Shown piece after piece: positions 49,801 through 58,630 of a stretch of 64,000 bases of DNA (position 1 is its first letter; the number at the start of each line of letters is the position of its first letter). Source of the stretch: an uncultured delta proteobacterium (GTDB lineage: Bacteria > Desulfobacterota > Binatia > HRBIN30 > BPIQ01); contig CAVXGR010000007.1 in NCBI GenBank assembly GCA_963761335.1, positions 103,651-167,650 on the forward strand. Direction: 5' to 3'. The notes under the pieces were generated by a model. It saw only the letters and a program-made list of their open reading frames with translations. It made no database searches and was not told where the DNA came from. A program made the position numbers and the translations under genes.

Positions 49801-50690
49801 TGACACACTCCAGCTCTGCTGCAGGCGCCGTCACAAGCGGCAATTCTCTCGGCTCGCGAGCCCGGGGCATCTGGCTAAGCGCCCTCTGTCTCGCACTCCT
49901 TTCGGCGATGCTCGCCGCGCCGACCTGGGCGCAACCGGTGGGCACGATTGCCGCCGTGGAGGGTCAGGCGGAGATCGGGCACGACGGAGCCTGGACCCCG
50001 GCGGCGCTGAGCGCCGCGGTGTCGGTCGGCGATCACCTGCGCACCGGCGACAGCGGGCGCATGCGCGTCGTCTTCCAGGACGAGAGCGTCCTCGAGGTCG
50101 GGGAGAGCACCGACATGGTCGTCGACCAGCAGGTCTTCGATGCCGATCAGGGTACCGGGACGTCGTTGATGCATCTTCTCAGCGGCAAGATCCGCGCCCT
50201 GGTGAGCGACTATTACAAGGATCCGAAGGCGTCGTACGAGGTCGAGACGCCGACCGCCGTCGCCGGCGTGCGCGGCACGCTGTTCGTGGTGGCCTACGAT
50301 CCGGAGCAGGAGGTGACCGAGGTCACCGGCATCGAGGGGCGCGTCGAGGTGCACAGCGTCTTCGACCGGCTCGGCCCGGGCGTCCTGATCACCGCCAACC
50401 TGGCGACCACGGTCGAGAAGGGGGAGGAGCCGAGCCCGCCGCGGCCGGTGGCCGGCAGCATCTTCCGCCAGGAGATCGAGGGATTCGACTTCATCGGCGG
50501 CGGGCGGCCGGAGAGCTTGGCAGGCAATCATCCCCTGCTCGGCAACGCCACCGTGCCCGAGCCCGATCGGGCTCCGCCGATGGACACGAACGTCACCGGG
50601 CCGCAGCTGCACGGCGAGAACCCGGACGCCAGCCGCCTCATCGACCAACCGCCCGCCGCCGCCACCGGCCGCCTGCGCGTCAACTTCTGA
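49800..50690 (+). CDS. Secreted FecR-domain protein
   Basis: GDHLRTG..FQDES.L, LLSGKIR, VETPTAVAGVRGT.F; start may be later. Confidence 0.85.
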   Translation: MTHSSSAAGAVTSGNSLGSRARGIWLSALCLALLSAMLAAPTWAQPVGTIAAVEGQAEIGHDGAWTPAALSAAVSVGDHLRTGDSGRMRVVFQDESVLEVGESTDMVVDQQVFDADQGTGTSLMHLLSGKIRALVSDYYKDPKASYEVETPTAVAGVRGTLFVVAYDPEQEVTEVTGIEGRVEVHSVFDRLGPGVLITANLATTVEKGEEPSPPRPVAGSIFRQEIEGFDFIGGGRPESLAGNHPLLGNATVPEPDRAPPMDTNVTGPQLHGENPDASRLIDQPPAAATGRLRVNF

Positions 50691-50741
50691 GGGCGCCAGC
50701 TCGCCGGGCGCGATCGACGGCCCGCCGAAAGGAGCACGCGC

Positions 50742-51593
50742 ATGAACCTCGAGTACGAGCTCACCTTCCAGGTGAATTTGAAACCTCCGATCATGATGGG
50801 CCCGGGACCGTACGGCATGCGCATCTTCGTCGAAGTCGTCGGCGGCCGCGCCGAGGGGCCACGCATCAAAGGGGAGGTGCTGACCGGTGGCGGCGACTGG
50901 CTGCTCGTCGGAGCCGACGGCTGGGGTCGGGTCGACGTGCGCGCCCAGCTCCTCACCGATGACGGCGCCGCGATCTACGCGTACTACTGCGGTCTGCTGG
51001 AGATGAACGACAAGGTGCAGAGCGCCATTTCCGGCGCCAGTGAGACCGACTTCAGTGACCAGTACTTCCGCACCACGCCGCGCTTCGAAACCGGCGACCC
51101 GCGCTATGCCTGGATGAACCAGAACATCTTCGTCGGTGAAGGGCGCGTCCGGCAGGGGCCGATGGTGGAGTACAAGGTCTACCGCCTCAGGCCACCTGAC
51201 GGCGATCAGAGCTCCGAAGCGGCTCTGCAGAGGAGGGCGCGGCCCGGTGGAGTGCGGATGGGAACGGCCACCGCGTGGGGAGCTTTGCCTGTTCTCGGCA
51301 GGGGTCGGGGCATGGAAACCTCCGTCGACGCGCTCCCCGGTGCCGAGGTCGACGATGATCCCGGTCCGCGCCGACCGGCAAGGGCGGTCAAGAGCTGGTG
51401 GGAGGCAATCGAACCACGCGAGCTTCGTACTCGTGGTTGGCGCTGGCCTCGAAGTCGACCACGGCGTTCTCGGTTGAGTATGAATACGTCATCGTCATGC
51501 CCGCCGCTTCGAACCCGAACTCGACCTCGTGCCTGCCTGGCAGAATCTCGATGTCGCCGTAGAGCCGTTGAAACGACACGTCGTCGACCCTGA
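50742..51593 (+). CDS. DUF3237-family protein; domain ends near 51190 and is followed by probable read-through
   Basis: GGRAEGPRIKGEVL..GGDW, DVRAQLLTDDGA, YFRTTPRFETGDPRYAWMN, VEYKVY; AAGGAG RBS. Confidence 0.75.
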   Translation: MNLEYELTFQVNLKPPIMMGPGPYGMRIFVEVVGGRAEGPRIKGEVLTGGGDWLLVGADGWGRVDVRAQLLTDDGAAIYAYYCGLLEMNDKVQSAISGASETDFSDQYFRTTPRFETGDPRYAWMNQNIFVGEGRVRQGPMVEYKVYRLRPPDGDQSSEAALQRRARPGGVRMGTATAWGALPVLGRGRGMETSVDALPGAEVDDDPGPRRPARAVKSWWEAIEPRELRTRGWRWPRSRPRRSRLSMNTSSSCPPLRTRTRPRACLAESRCRRRAVETTRRRP

Positions 51594-51735
51594 TGAAATA
51601 GACGCTCGGATTGTTGAATCCGGTCTGATGCCTCAGGACGGCGATCTGCTCCGCCGGGAGCTGAGGACCAAAGTAGCCTCGTGACGTCGCAGCGGTACAC
51701 CATTGTGCAAAGCTCCAGCAGGCGCGGGAACCATT
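51250..51735 (-). pseudogene. Degraded gene for a small beta-sandwich, probably lipoprotein-like protein
   Basis: TSRGYFGPQLPAEQIAVL..IEILPGRHEVEFGF..FEASANHEYE has no in-frame start; IIVDLGTGERV continues in another frame. Confidence 0.4.
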
Positions 51736-52127
51736 CGTCGGCGCGCACCGACCGCGCCGAGTGGTGTCCTAATCTCGTTGTTGGCCATTCCTGCTCTTCG
51801 ATGGCGGATGAAGTGTACGCCGTTGCGCCGCGAGCGGCAATTGGATCGTCATCGCTGATCACCAGCAACTGTGACATCGGGTGGCGATTGACCTCAGTGG
51901 CGGATATAAGCGCGATTGGCTCGTCATTGCGGTTCACACGCTACGCCGGACGCGGAATACCAAGCGCGTCAGCGGGCCCGCCGCCGCGGAGGCACCGTGA
52001 AGGCACGCAGAGGCCACCGGCGATCGTAGTCTTCCTCCATCCAGGTTGGCGCTTGGCCTCGCAGTATTGTCGAGAATACACCCTGCCCTCTCATGCGTCC
52101 GTCACCGTTCTCTGTTAAGAGTTGCAG

Positions 52128-52892
52128 ATGAAGATCTTCTGGTCGTGGCAAAGCAACACGCCGGGCAGTATCGGTCGTCATTTCGTCCGAGATGCCCTTG
52201 ATCAGGCGATTCAACAAATAAAGGAAATTCCTACCATTGAAGAAGCTGTCCGTGAAAGCATTCATCTTGATCACGACCGAAAGGGTGTTGCCGGTTCCCC
52301 TGATCTTGCGGCAACGATCTATAAGAAGATCAGCGGCAGTGCGGTGTTCGTCGCGGACGTCACCCCCGTTGGCAAGAGCGAGAACGAAAGGCCCTTGTTG
52401 AATTCCAACGTAGCGATCGAATTGGGGTATGCCCTCGCGTGTCTCGGCGACAGCAAGTTGCTGATGGTGTTGAACGAATATTTCGGGCAGCGGGAAGATC
52501 TCCCCTTTGATCTTCGGCATAAGGCAGGGCCTATCACTTTCAATCTCGCGGCTGGGGCAGATCTCAGGGATCGCAAAGAAACCCTTCTGAAACTGAGCTC
52601 AACCTTTAGGAGAGCCATTACTGAGTGCCTCCAAAGCCCCGACCGCCCTCGGGCATACAGTGACGTTTCTGACCGGCCACTCACCATCCTTGGCCTCCCC
52701 ACTCGATTGACCAATGCGCTCCTGGACAACGGGGGCTTCGCTACAGTCGGGGACCTCGTCTATGCCAGCCGGAGAACACTGCTCTACACACGCGGCGTAG
52801 GGCACAAGGGCATCGAACAGATTGCAGCCGCCCTCGAAGCAAGAGGACTCCAAGCGCCTCATCTAAAAGGGAAACGGCCGGGCGGGCAATGA
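52128..52892 (+). CDS. TIR/nucleoside-2-deoxyribosyltransferase-like domain fused to an RNA polymerase alpha-CTD-like domain
   Basis: IFWSWQS, GSPDLAATIYKKI, FVADVT, NSNVAIELGYA, LPFDLRH; C-terminal PLTILGLPTRLTNAL..TVGDLV..LLYTRGVGHKGIEQIAAALEARGL. Confidence 0.75.
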   Translation: MKIFWSWQSNTPGSIGRHFVRDALDQAIQQIKEIPTIEEAVRESIHLDHDRKGVAGSPDLAATIYKKISGSAVFVADVTPVGKSENERPLLNSNVAIELGYALACLGDSKLLMVLNEYFGQREDLPFDLRHKAGPITFNLAAGADLRDRKETLLKLSSTFRRAITECLQSPDRPRAYSDVSDRPLTILGLPTRLTNALLDNGGFATVGDLVYASRRTLLYTRGVGHKGIEQIAAALEARGLQAPHLKGKRPGGQ

Positions 52893-53268
52893 TGTCTGCT
52901 GCTTAAATCGTCGCGAGAGCATCTTTCGATGGATTGATGTCCGATGTCATCGGAAGTGCGGCGCCGCACTCGACGAGCGGGTATCTCGAACACTGTTGAT
53001 CTTGTGAAGTAGAAGAAGAGGTGGCTGGGCTCCCTCTCCCGCATGTGCTCTCGGCGCGGCGAGCGCAGGGGATGACGGAAATGGCCGAGCACCGGCATCT
53101 CTCGACGATTCCGCTCGATACCATCTCGGTACTCGTCATCGCTGATCATCAGCAGCGACGTCGAGTGGCCCGCGGCTATGCGTTGCGGAGCCGTCGTCTC
53201 GATCTGGCGCGCGGCTGGGGCACCGAAACAGGCGCGGAGGTCGAATCGGGCGACGACGGCCGTCTAAT

Positions 53269-53297
53269 TTGACCAGTCTGACTAGATAGAATACAAC
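53269..53297 (+). promoter_or_regulatory. Sigma70-like promoter of the TA operon with a repeated TGAC(C/T)AG operator-like motif; possibly leaderless
   Basis: TTGACC-17-TACAAC; GTG start 8 nt after the -10; no Shine-Dalgarno. Confidence 0.45.
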
Positions 53298-53304
53298 TTC
53301 GCCG

Positions 53305-53574
53305 GTGAGCACCACCTACTCGACATACGAAGCCAAGGCCAAGTTCAGCGAGCTCATGCGAAAGGTCCGCGCGGGCCAACGGGTGATCATCTCCTATCGG
53401 GGCGAAAGCATCGCGGAGATTCGTCCGCTGGAACAAAGAGACTCGCTGACTTCGCGACTGCGGCACCATGAGGACAGGGGCACTCTCGGCGCGCGCTCAG
53501 AGCGGACTGCCGAGCTTCGGCCGCTGATCAAACGCAGTGGAGCCTTGCGGCGCTTCCTGGAGTCGCGGGATTGA
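53305..53574 (+). CDS. Phd/YefM-family antitoxin
   Basis: YSTYEAKAKFSELMRKVRAGQRVIISYRGESIAEIRP. Confidence 0.88.
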   Translation: MSTTYSTYEAKAKFSELMRKVRAGQRVIISYRGESIAEIRPLEQRDSLTSRLRHHEDRGTLGARSERTAELRPLIKRSGALRRFLESRD

Positions 53575-53957
53575 ACGTCGCCTACGTCGACACCTCTTGC
53601 CTGGTTGCGATCGCCTTCGATGAGCCGGGCGGGCGGGAGATGACGAAGCGCTTTCAGGGCGTCGATCGCCTCGTCGCCTCGAACCTTGTCGAGGCCGAGT
53701 TCAAGGCAAGCTTGTCGCGCGAGCGGATAGACGGCGACGGGTCAGGCCTTCTCTCATGGCTGACCTGGCTCTACCCAAATCGTCCGTTGACACCGGAGTT
53801 CGATCGCGTCCTGGCCCACGGCTACGTCCGAGGTGCCGACTTGTGGCATCTCGCCTGCGCCATCTACCTCGCGGGCAAGCCGGAACAGATTGCATTCTTG
53901 ACCCTCGACAAGCGACAGCGGCACATCGCATCGGCAGTGGGCTTCAAGGTCCCTTGA
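53571..53957 (+). CDS. vapC: PIN-domain (VapC-type) toxin
   Basis: YVDTS, EAE, RGADLWHLACA, FLTLDKRQ; 4-nt overlap with the antitoxin. Confidence 0.88.
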   Translation: MNVAYVDTSCLVAIAFDEPGGREMTKRFQGVDRLVASNLVEAEFKASLSRERIDGDGSGLLSWLTWLYPNRPLTPEFDRVLAHGYVRGADLWHLACAIYLAGKPEQIAFLTLDKRQRHIASAVGFKVP

Positions 53958-54125
53958 AACCAAACGGGCCCGCATGCAGGGGCGGCCGGGCGACAGTCCT
54001 CCGTCGCGCCAGCCGATTCGAGAATCCCGCTCTGCACCGCGGCGTTGAACCCCACCGCCGCGCATATCGGCTGCGCGACCGTCGTCTCGATCCGTAGTTC
54101 ACGGCGGACTCTCCCGCAGGCGCGA

Positions 54126-54995
54126 TCAGGAAGGAGGCAGGGTGCAGTCGTTGCGGCAGGCATCGTTGTCGTTCGTGTTGCCGTCGTCACAGGCCTCGCC
54201 GGTCTCCTGGACGCCGTTGCCGCACACCGGCGCCGGGCAGAGGATCACCGCCTGAGCGTATGACAGCGCCGTCATGCAGTCGGCGCGCGGCGCGATGACA
54301 GCGGTAAGATCCTGGGCGAGACGTCCGTAGAGAGCCGCGAAGTCGGCTGTGGGGCAGGTGCGACTGATGGCGTCGGCAGCGCGTTGCTGCAGGCGTGCGA
54401 TGCCCGCCGACGAGCCGTCGATCAGTCCCTGCTTGACGGTCAAGAGCAATGGGGTGGCGGCAATGCGATTCAGCACCCGGCGCCGCACGCGAAACGCCAG
54501 GCGCGCCAACCTTCCGGCAACTGCCGAGGCGGCGTGAATGCAGGCAGACGCCGCTGGCGACGGCGTCACCCTGCCGTCGGCAAGCAGCGGACCGTACGCC
54601 GCCGAAACCAGCGCCGTCTGCGCGTCGTCGCAGGCATGGAGGATATCGTTCTGCGCCTCGGCGATGCCGCCGAAGAGCAGCAAGCTGAGCTGCGACTCGG
54701 TGCAGCCGATGGTGACCACCTGGCGCGCCCGCGTGCGCGCCGCCTGCACCACCGCGTCGGCGGCGCTCTGGTCGCAGCTGCCGCCGTCGACCTCGGCGTC
54801 CAGACAGCGGCGGCGCGCCGCCCACGCACGGGCGACGCAGAGGTCGACGGCGCGGCCGATGCTCGCCTGGCAGCGCGCCACCGCCCGCGGATAGTTGCCC
54901 CAGAACTCCAGCGGCGGAGGCGTGCCGTGCGCCCAAACGCGAGCCCCGGAGAGCAGCAGCAGCGCGACGGCAATGAGTGCGAGAGACCGGGACAC
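54126..54995 (-). CDS. Secreted Cys-rich protein ending in a myxobacterial cysteine-rich repeat (DUF4215-like)
   Basis: Signal peptide ..VWA|HG; C-terminal CGNGVQETGEACDDGNTNDNDACRNDC. Confidence 0.75.
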   Translation of the reverse strand: MSRSLALIAVALLLLSGARVWAHGTPPPLEFWGNYPRAVARCQASIGRAVDLCVARAWAARRRCLDAEVDGGSCDQSAADAVVQAARTRARQVVTIGCTESQLSLLLFGGIAEAQNDILHACDDAQTALVSAAYGPLLADGRVTPSPAASACIHAASAVAGRLARLAFRVRRRVLNRIAATPLLLTVKQGLIDGSSAGIARLQQRAADAISRTCPTADFAALYGRLAQDLTAVIAPRADCMTALSYAQAVILCPAPVCGNGVQETGEACDDGNTNDNDACRNDCTLPPS

Positions 54996-55079
54996 GAGGC
55001 GACGTCGAGATCGCGTCAAGATTAGCTGTCCGGCGGCGATTCGCAACCCTGCGGGCTAGCCCGCTTGCGCGGCGACGGC

Positions 55080-55424
55080 TCAGTTGTCGTCCGGCGCATC
55101 CCCCGACGTTTTGTCCTCGAATCCCTTCTTCACGTCGCGACCAACACCGCGGCCGACGCCGGCCACGCCCTTGCCGACGTTTGCGGCACCGGAGCCGATC
55201 TTCTCCGCATCCTCGAAGTCGCCCTTCGACTTCTTGCCCGTGAAGACATCCTTGACGCCGCGGCCGATGCCCCGGAAGCCGGCGCCGATTTCCTTGCCTC
55301 CCTTCTTGATGGAATGCCCGCCGCCCTCGACTGTCTTGGGAACCGCGCCGTCGCCATCCTCGGCAAGCGCGGTACCAGCCAGCAGCAGGGCACAACAGAA
55401 TACCACTGCCAAAGGTCGTATCAT
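55080..55424 (-). CDS. Small secreted Gly/Lys-rich protein
   Basis: AAGGAG RBS; signal peptide; amphipathic GKGVAGVGRGVG repeats. Confidence 0.7.
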   Translation of the reverse strand: MIRPLAVVFCCALLLAGTALAEDGDGAVPKTVEGGGHSIKKGGKEIGAGFRGIGRGVKDVFTGKKSKGDFEDAEKIGSGAANVGKGVAGVGRGVGRDVKKGFEDKTSGDAPDDN

Positions 55425-55562
55425 CGCTGCTCCTTCTTCTACTCTTTGATGTTGCGGACTGCCTCGGGCAAAATCAACGCACCGCGTCGCACCCCGGCGC
55501 ATGATCGGCGTGCATACGGGCGCGTTTGTCGCTATCGTCCCCAAGAAAAGAGGGGGCGCGCG

Positions 55563-57248
55563 ATGGCAACCTACGACACGGTGATCAGGGGCGGCATGGT
55601 GGTCGACGGCACCCGCATGCCGCGGCGGCGCTGCGACGTCGGCATCTCCGGCGGCAGGGTCGCCGCCCTCGGCCATCTGCACGCCGGTGACGCCGCCCGG
55701 GTGATCGACGCCGAGGGCATGGTGGTGGCTCCCGGCTTCGTCGACCTGCACACCCACTACGACGCCCAGGTGTTCTGGGACCCGTACTGCTCCCTCTCCG
55801 GATGGCACGGCGTCACCTCCGTCGTCATCGGCAACTGTGGCTTCGGCTTCGCCCCGGTGCGACCCGAGGACCGCGAGCGCGCCATGCGTTCGATGACGCG
55901 CGTCGAGGCCATCCCCTACAACGCCATGAAGGCCGGCATGCCGTGGGACTGGATCACCTATCCGGAGTTCCTCGAAAGTCTCGAGCGGGTGCCCAAGTCG
56001 GTCAACCTGCGCCCCTTCATGCCGGTGGGCGCCCTGCTCGTCTGGGTGCTCGGCCTCGAGCGCGCCAAGGCCGGTGACATGCCCACCGACGCCGAGCACG
56101 CCGAGATGCGCCGCCTGCTGCACGAAGCCATGGACTGCGGCGCCGGCGGCTGGTCGGCGCAGCGCCTCGAGCCCGGCAGCGGCGCCGAGGTGCAGCGCGA
56201 CTTCGACGGCACGCCGATGGTCTCCGACGTCATGCGCGACGAGACCTGCGAGCACCTGGCCGCAGTGCTGGCGGAACGCAACCAGGGCTTCATCCAGATG
56301 ACCCTGGCCAAGGCCGACGGCTCGACGCTGGAGAAGCTGGAGCGCATCGCCGAGATCGGCGGACGGCCGATCCTGTGGAACGCCATCATCGCCTTCGACA
56401 ACAACCCCGAGATCCACCGCCACCAGCTCGCCTGGCTGCAGAGCTGCCGCGACCGCGGCCTGCCGATCTACGGTCAGGGCGTCACCACCGACGCCGGATT
56501 CACCTTCTCCTTCGACGAGTGGAACCTCTTCGACGAGATCGAGAGCTGGCGCGAGGCGACCACCGGCACGGTCGAAGAGCGCCTCGCGAAGCTCTCGGAC
56601 CCGGGGCGCCGCCCGGCGCTGCGCGAGAACCGCCCGTGGATCACCCTCAGCTCCATCGAGAAGATCGTCGTCGCCGAGACCTTCTGCGAGAAGACCCGCG
56701 GCTTCGTCAACGAGACCATCGGCGACGTCGCCGCCGAGCTCGGGGTCCACCCGGTCGACGCGCTGCTCGACATCGCCGTCGCCGACGGCCTGCAGGCGAC
56801 CTTCTTCTCGCTCCCCGCCAACGCCAACATCGACGGCTTTCGCGAGCTCATGCTCGATCCCTATGTGATTCCCGGGGTATCCGACGGCGGCGCCCACACG
56901 CGCTTTCTCACCGCCGGCCGCTATCCCACCGACACCATCCTGCGCGCCACCCGCGACAACCCGATCCTCTCGCTGGAGGAAGTGCACTGGAAGCTCTCGG
57001 CGCTGCCAGCCTACTGCGCCGGCTTCACCGATCGCGGCACTCTCGAGCCCGGCAAGGCTGCCGACATCGTCGTCTACGACCTCGAGCGCCTGGCGATGAC
57101 GCCGGTCGAGAAGGCGCACGACTTCCCCGCCAACGAGTGGCGCCGCATCCAGCGCGGCGTCGGCTACCGCCATGTCCTCGTCAACGGCGAGGTCACCATC
57201 GAAGACGATCGGGAGACGGGAGTCGCGGCGGGGCGGTTGTTGCGATAG
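55563..57248 (+). CDS. N-acyl-D-amino-acid deacylase family amidohydrolase (copy 1)
   Basis: APGFVDLHTHYD, IGNCG, SDGGAH, DRGTLEPGKAADIVV. Confidence 0.92.
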   Translation: MATYDTVIRGGMVVDGTRMPRRRCDVGISGGRVAALGHLHAGDAARVIDAEGMVVAPGFVDLHTHYDAQVFWDPYCSLSGWHGVTSVVIGNCGFGFAPVRPEDRERAMRSMTRVEAIPYNAMKAGMPWDWITYPEFLESLERVPKSVNLRPFMPVGALLVWVLGLERAKAGDMPTDAEHAEMRRLLHEAMDCGAGGWSAQRLEPGSGAEVQRDFDGTPMVSDVMRDETCEHLAAVLAERNQGFIQMTLAKADGSTLEKLERIAEIGGRPILWNAIIAFDNNPEIHRHQLAWLQSCRDRGLPIYGQGVTTDAGFTFSFDEWNLFDEIESWREATTGTVEERLAKLSDPGRRPALRENRPWITLSSIEKIVVAETFCEKTRGFVNETIGDVAAELGVHPVDALLDIAVADGLQATFFSLPANANIDGFRELMLDPYVIPGVSDGGAHTRFLTAGRYPTDTILRATRDNPILSLEEVHWKLSALPAYCAGFTDRGTLEPGKAADIVVYDLERLAMTPVEKAHDFPANEWRRIQRGVGYRHVLVNGEVTIEDDRETGVAAGRLLR

Positions 57249-57439
57249 CCCGCCGCTGTCGCGGCGGGCTATCGCGTTCTCGAGTTCACGGGTTTGCGAG
57301 TTCTCGAGCTCGTGAAAGGACCATCAGCTGCGCTCCCCACCCCGATAACCCGAGAACTCGAAAACTCGCAAACCTCGACACAATTCCGCCATTCCCCTAA
57401 GAACAAACTAAGCCACCGAGACACTAGCGAGATACTGAG

Positions 57440-58621
57440 ATGAGATTATCGTATAGCCCCGAACACGAAGCCCTGCGCCAGGAGCTGCGCCGGTATTACG
57501 CCAAGCTCCTGACTCCGGAGATCCGCGCCGAGGTGTCGCGCAGCGAGGGGGTCGGCCCGATCGTCCGCCGCGTCGTCCTTCAGATGGGTGCCGACGGCTG
57601 GCTCGGCATCGGCTGGCCCAAGGAGTACGGCGGCCGCGGCATGACGCCCATCGAGCAGTTCATCTTCTTCGACGAGTCGATGCGCGCCGGCGCCCCGGTG
57701 CCCATGCTGACGGTGAACTCGGTGGCGCCGACCATCATGCAGTACGGCTCCGAGGAGCAGAAGAGCTTCTACCTGCCGAAGATCCTCAAGGGCGAGATTC
57801 ACTTCGCCATCGGCTACACCGAGCCCAACGCCGGCACCGACCTCGCCTCGCTGAAGACGCGCGCCGTGCGCGAGGGCGACGAGTTCGTCATCAACGGGCA
57901 GAAGACCTTCACCAGCCTGGCCACCGACGCCGACTACGTCTGGCTGGCGGTGCGCACCGACCCGGAGGCCCCCAAGCACAAGGGCATCTCCATCCTGATC
58001 GTTCCCACCGGCGTCGACGGCTTCCGCTGCGACCCGATCAAGAACATGGGAGAGCTGAACACCAACCAGACCTTCTACGACGACGTGCGCGTACCCGCCG
58101 GCAACCTGGTGGGACGGCTGAACGGCGGCTGGAAGCTGATCACCAACCAGCTCAACCTCGAGCGCGTCACCCTGTGCAGCTCGGGAATGATGGAGGGCTG
58201 CTACGAGGACGTCGTCCACTGGGCGAAGACGACTCGACGCGCCGACGGCAGCCGCGTCATCGACCAGCCGTGGGTGCAGCAGAACCTGGCGCGCATTCAC
58301 ACGCGTCTCGACTTCCTGCGGCTGATGAACTTCAAGGTCGCCTGGGGCGCCGAGCAGAACCAGCCGCTCAATCCGGCGCACGCCTCGACCATCAAGGTCT
58401 TCGGCACCGAGTTCTACTGCGAGGCCTGCCGGCTGATGCTGGAGATTCTCGGCCCGGCCGGCAATCTGCGGCCGGGCTCGGCCGAGGCGGCGCTCAACGG
58501 CCGCGTCGGCTTCCTGCTGCGCTCCATGCACATTCTCACCTTCGGCGGCGGCACCAACGAGCTGCAGCGCGACCTGATCGCGCTCTTCGGTCTCGGCATG
58601 CCGGTGCAGCCGCGCTTCTGA
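57440..58621 (+). CDS. Acyl-CoA dehydrogenase, FadE26/ChsE4-like (copy 1)
   Basis: GWPKEYGG, IGYTEPNAGTDL, NGQK, TFGGGTNE.QR; N-terminus resembles FadE26. Confidence 0.88.
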   Translation: MRLSYSPEHEALRQELRRYYAKLLTPEIRAEVSRSEGVGPIVRRVVLQMGADGWLGIGWPKEYGGRGMTPIEQFIFFDESMRAGAPVPMLTVNSVAPTIMQYGSEEQKSFYLPKILKGEIHFAIGYTEPNAGTDLASLKTRAVREGDEFVINGQKTFTSLATDADYVWLAVRTDPEAPKHKGISILIVPTGVDGFRCDPIKNMGELNTNQTFYDDVRVPAGNLVGRLNGGWKLITNQLNLERVTLCSSGMMEGCYEDVVHWAKTTRRADGSRVIDQPWVQQNLARIHTRLDFLRLMNFKVAWGAEQNQPLNPAHASTIKVFGTEFYCEACRLMLEILGPAGNLRPGSAEAALNGRVGFLLRSMHILTFGGGTNELQRDLIALFGLGMPVQPRF

Positions 58622-58630
58622 GGAGGCACG

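Noticed and set aside
52859..53272. Small ORFs between the TIR/alpha-CTD gene and the TA pair
   Set aside because: No recognisable motif, RBS or consistent frame; possibly decayed DNA
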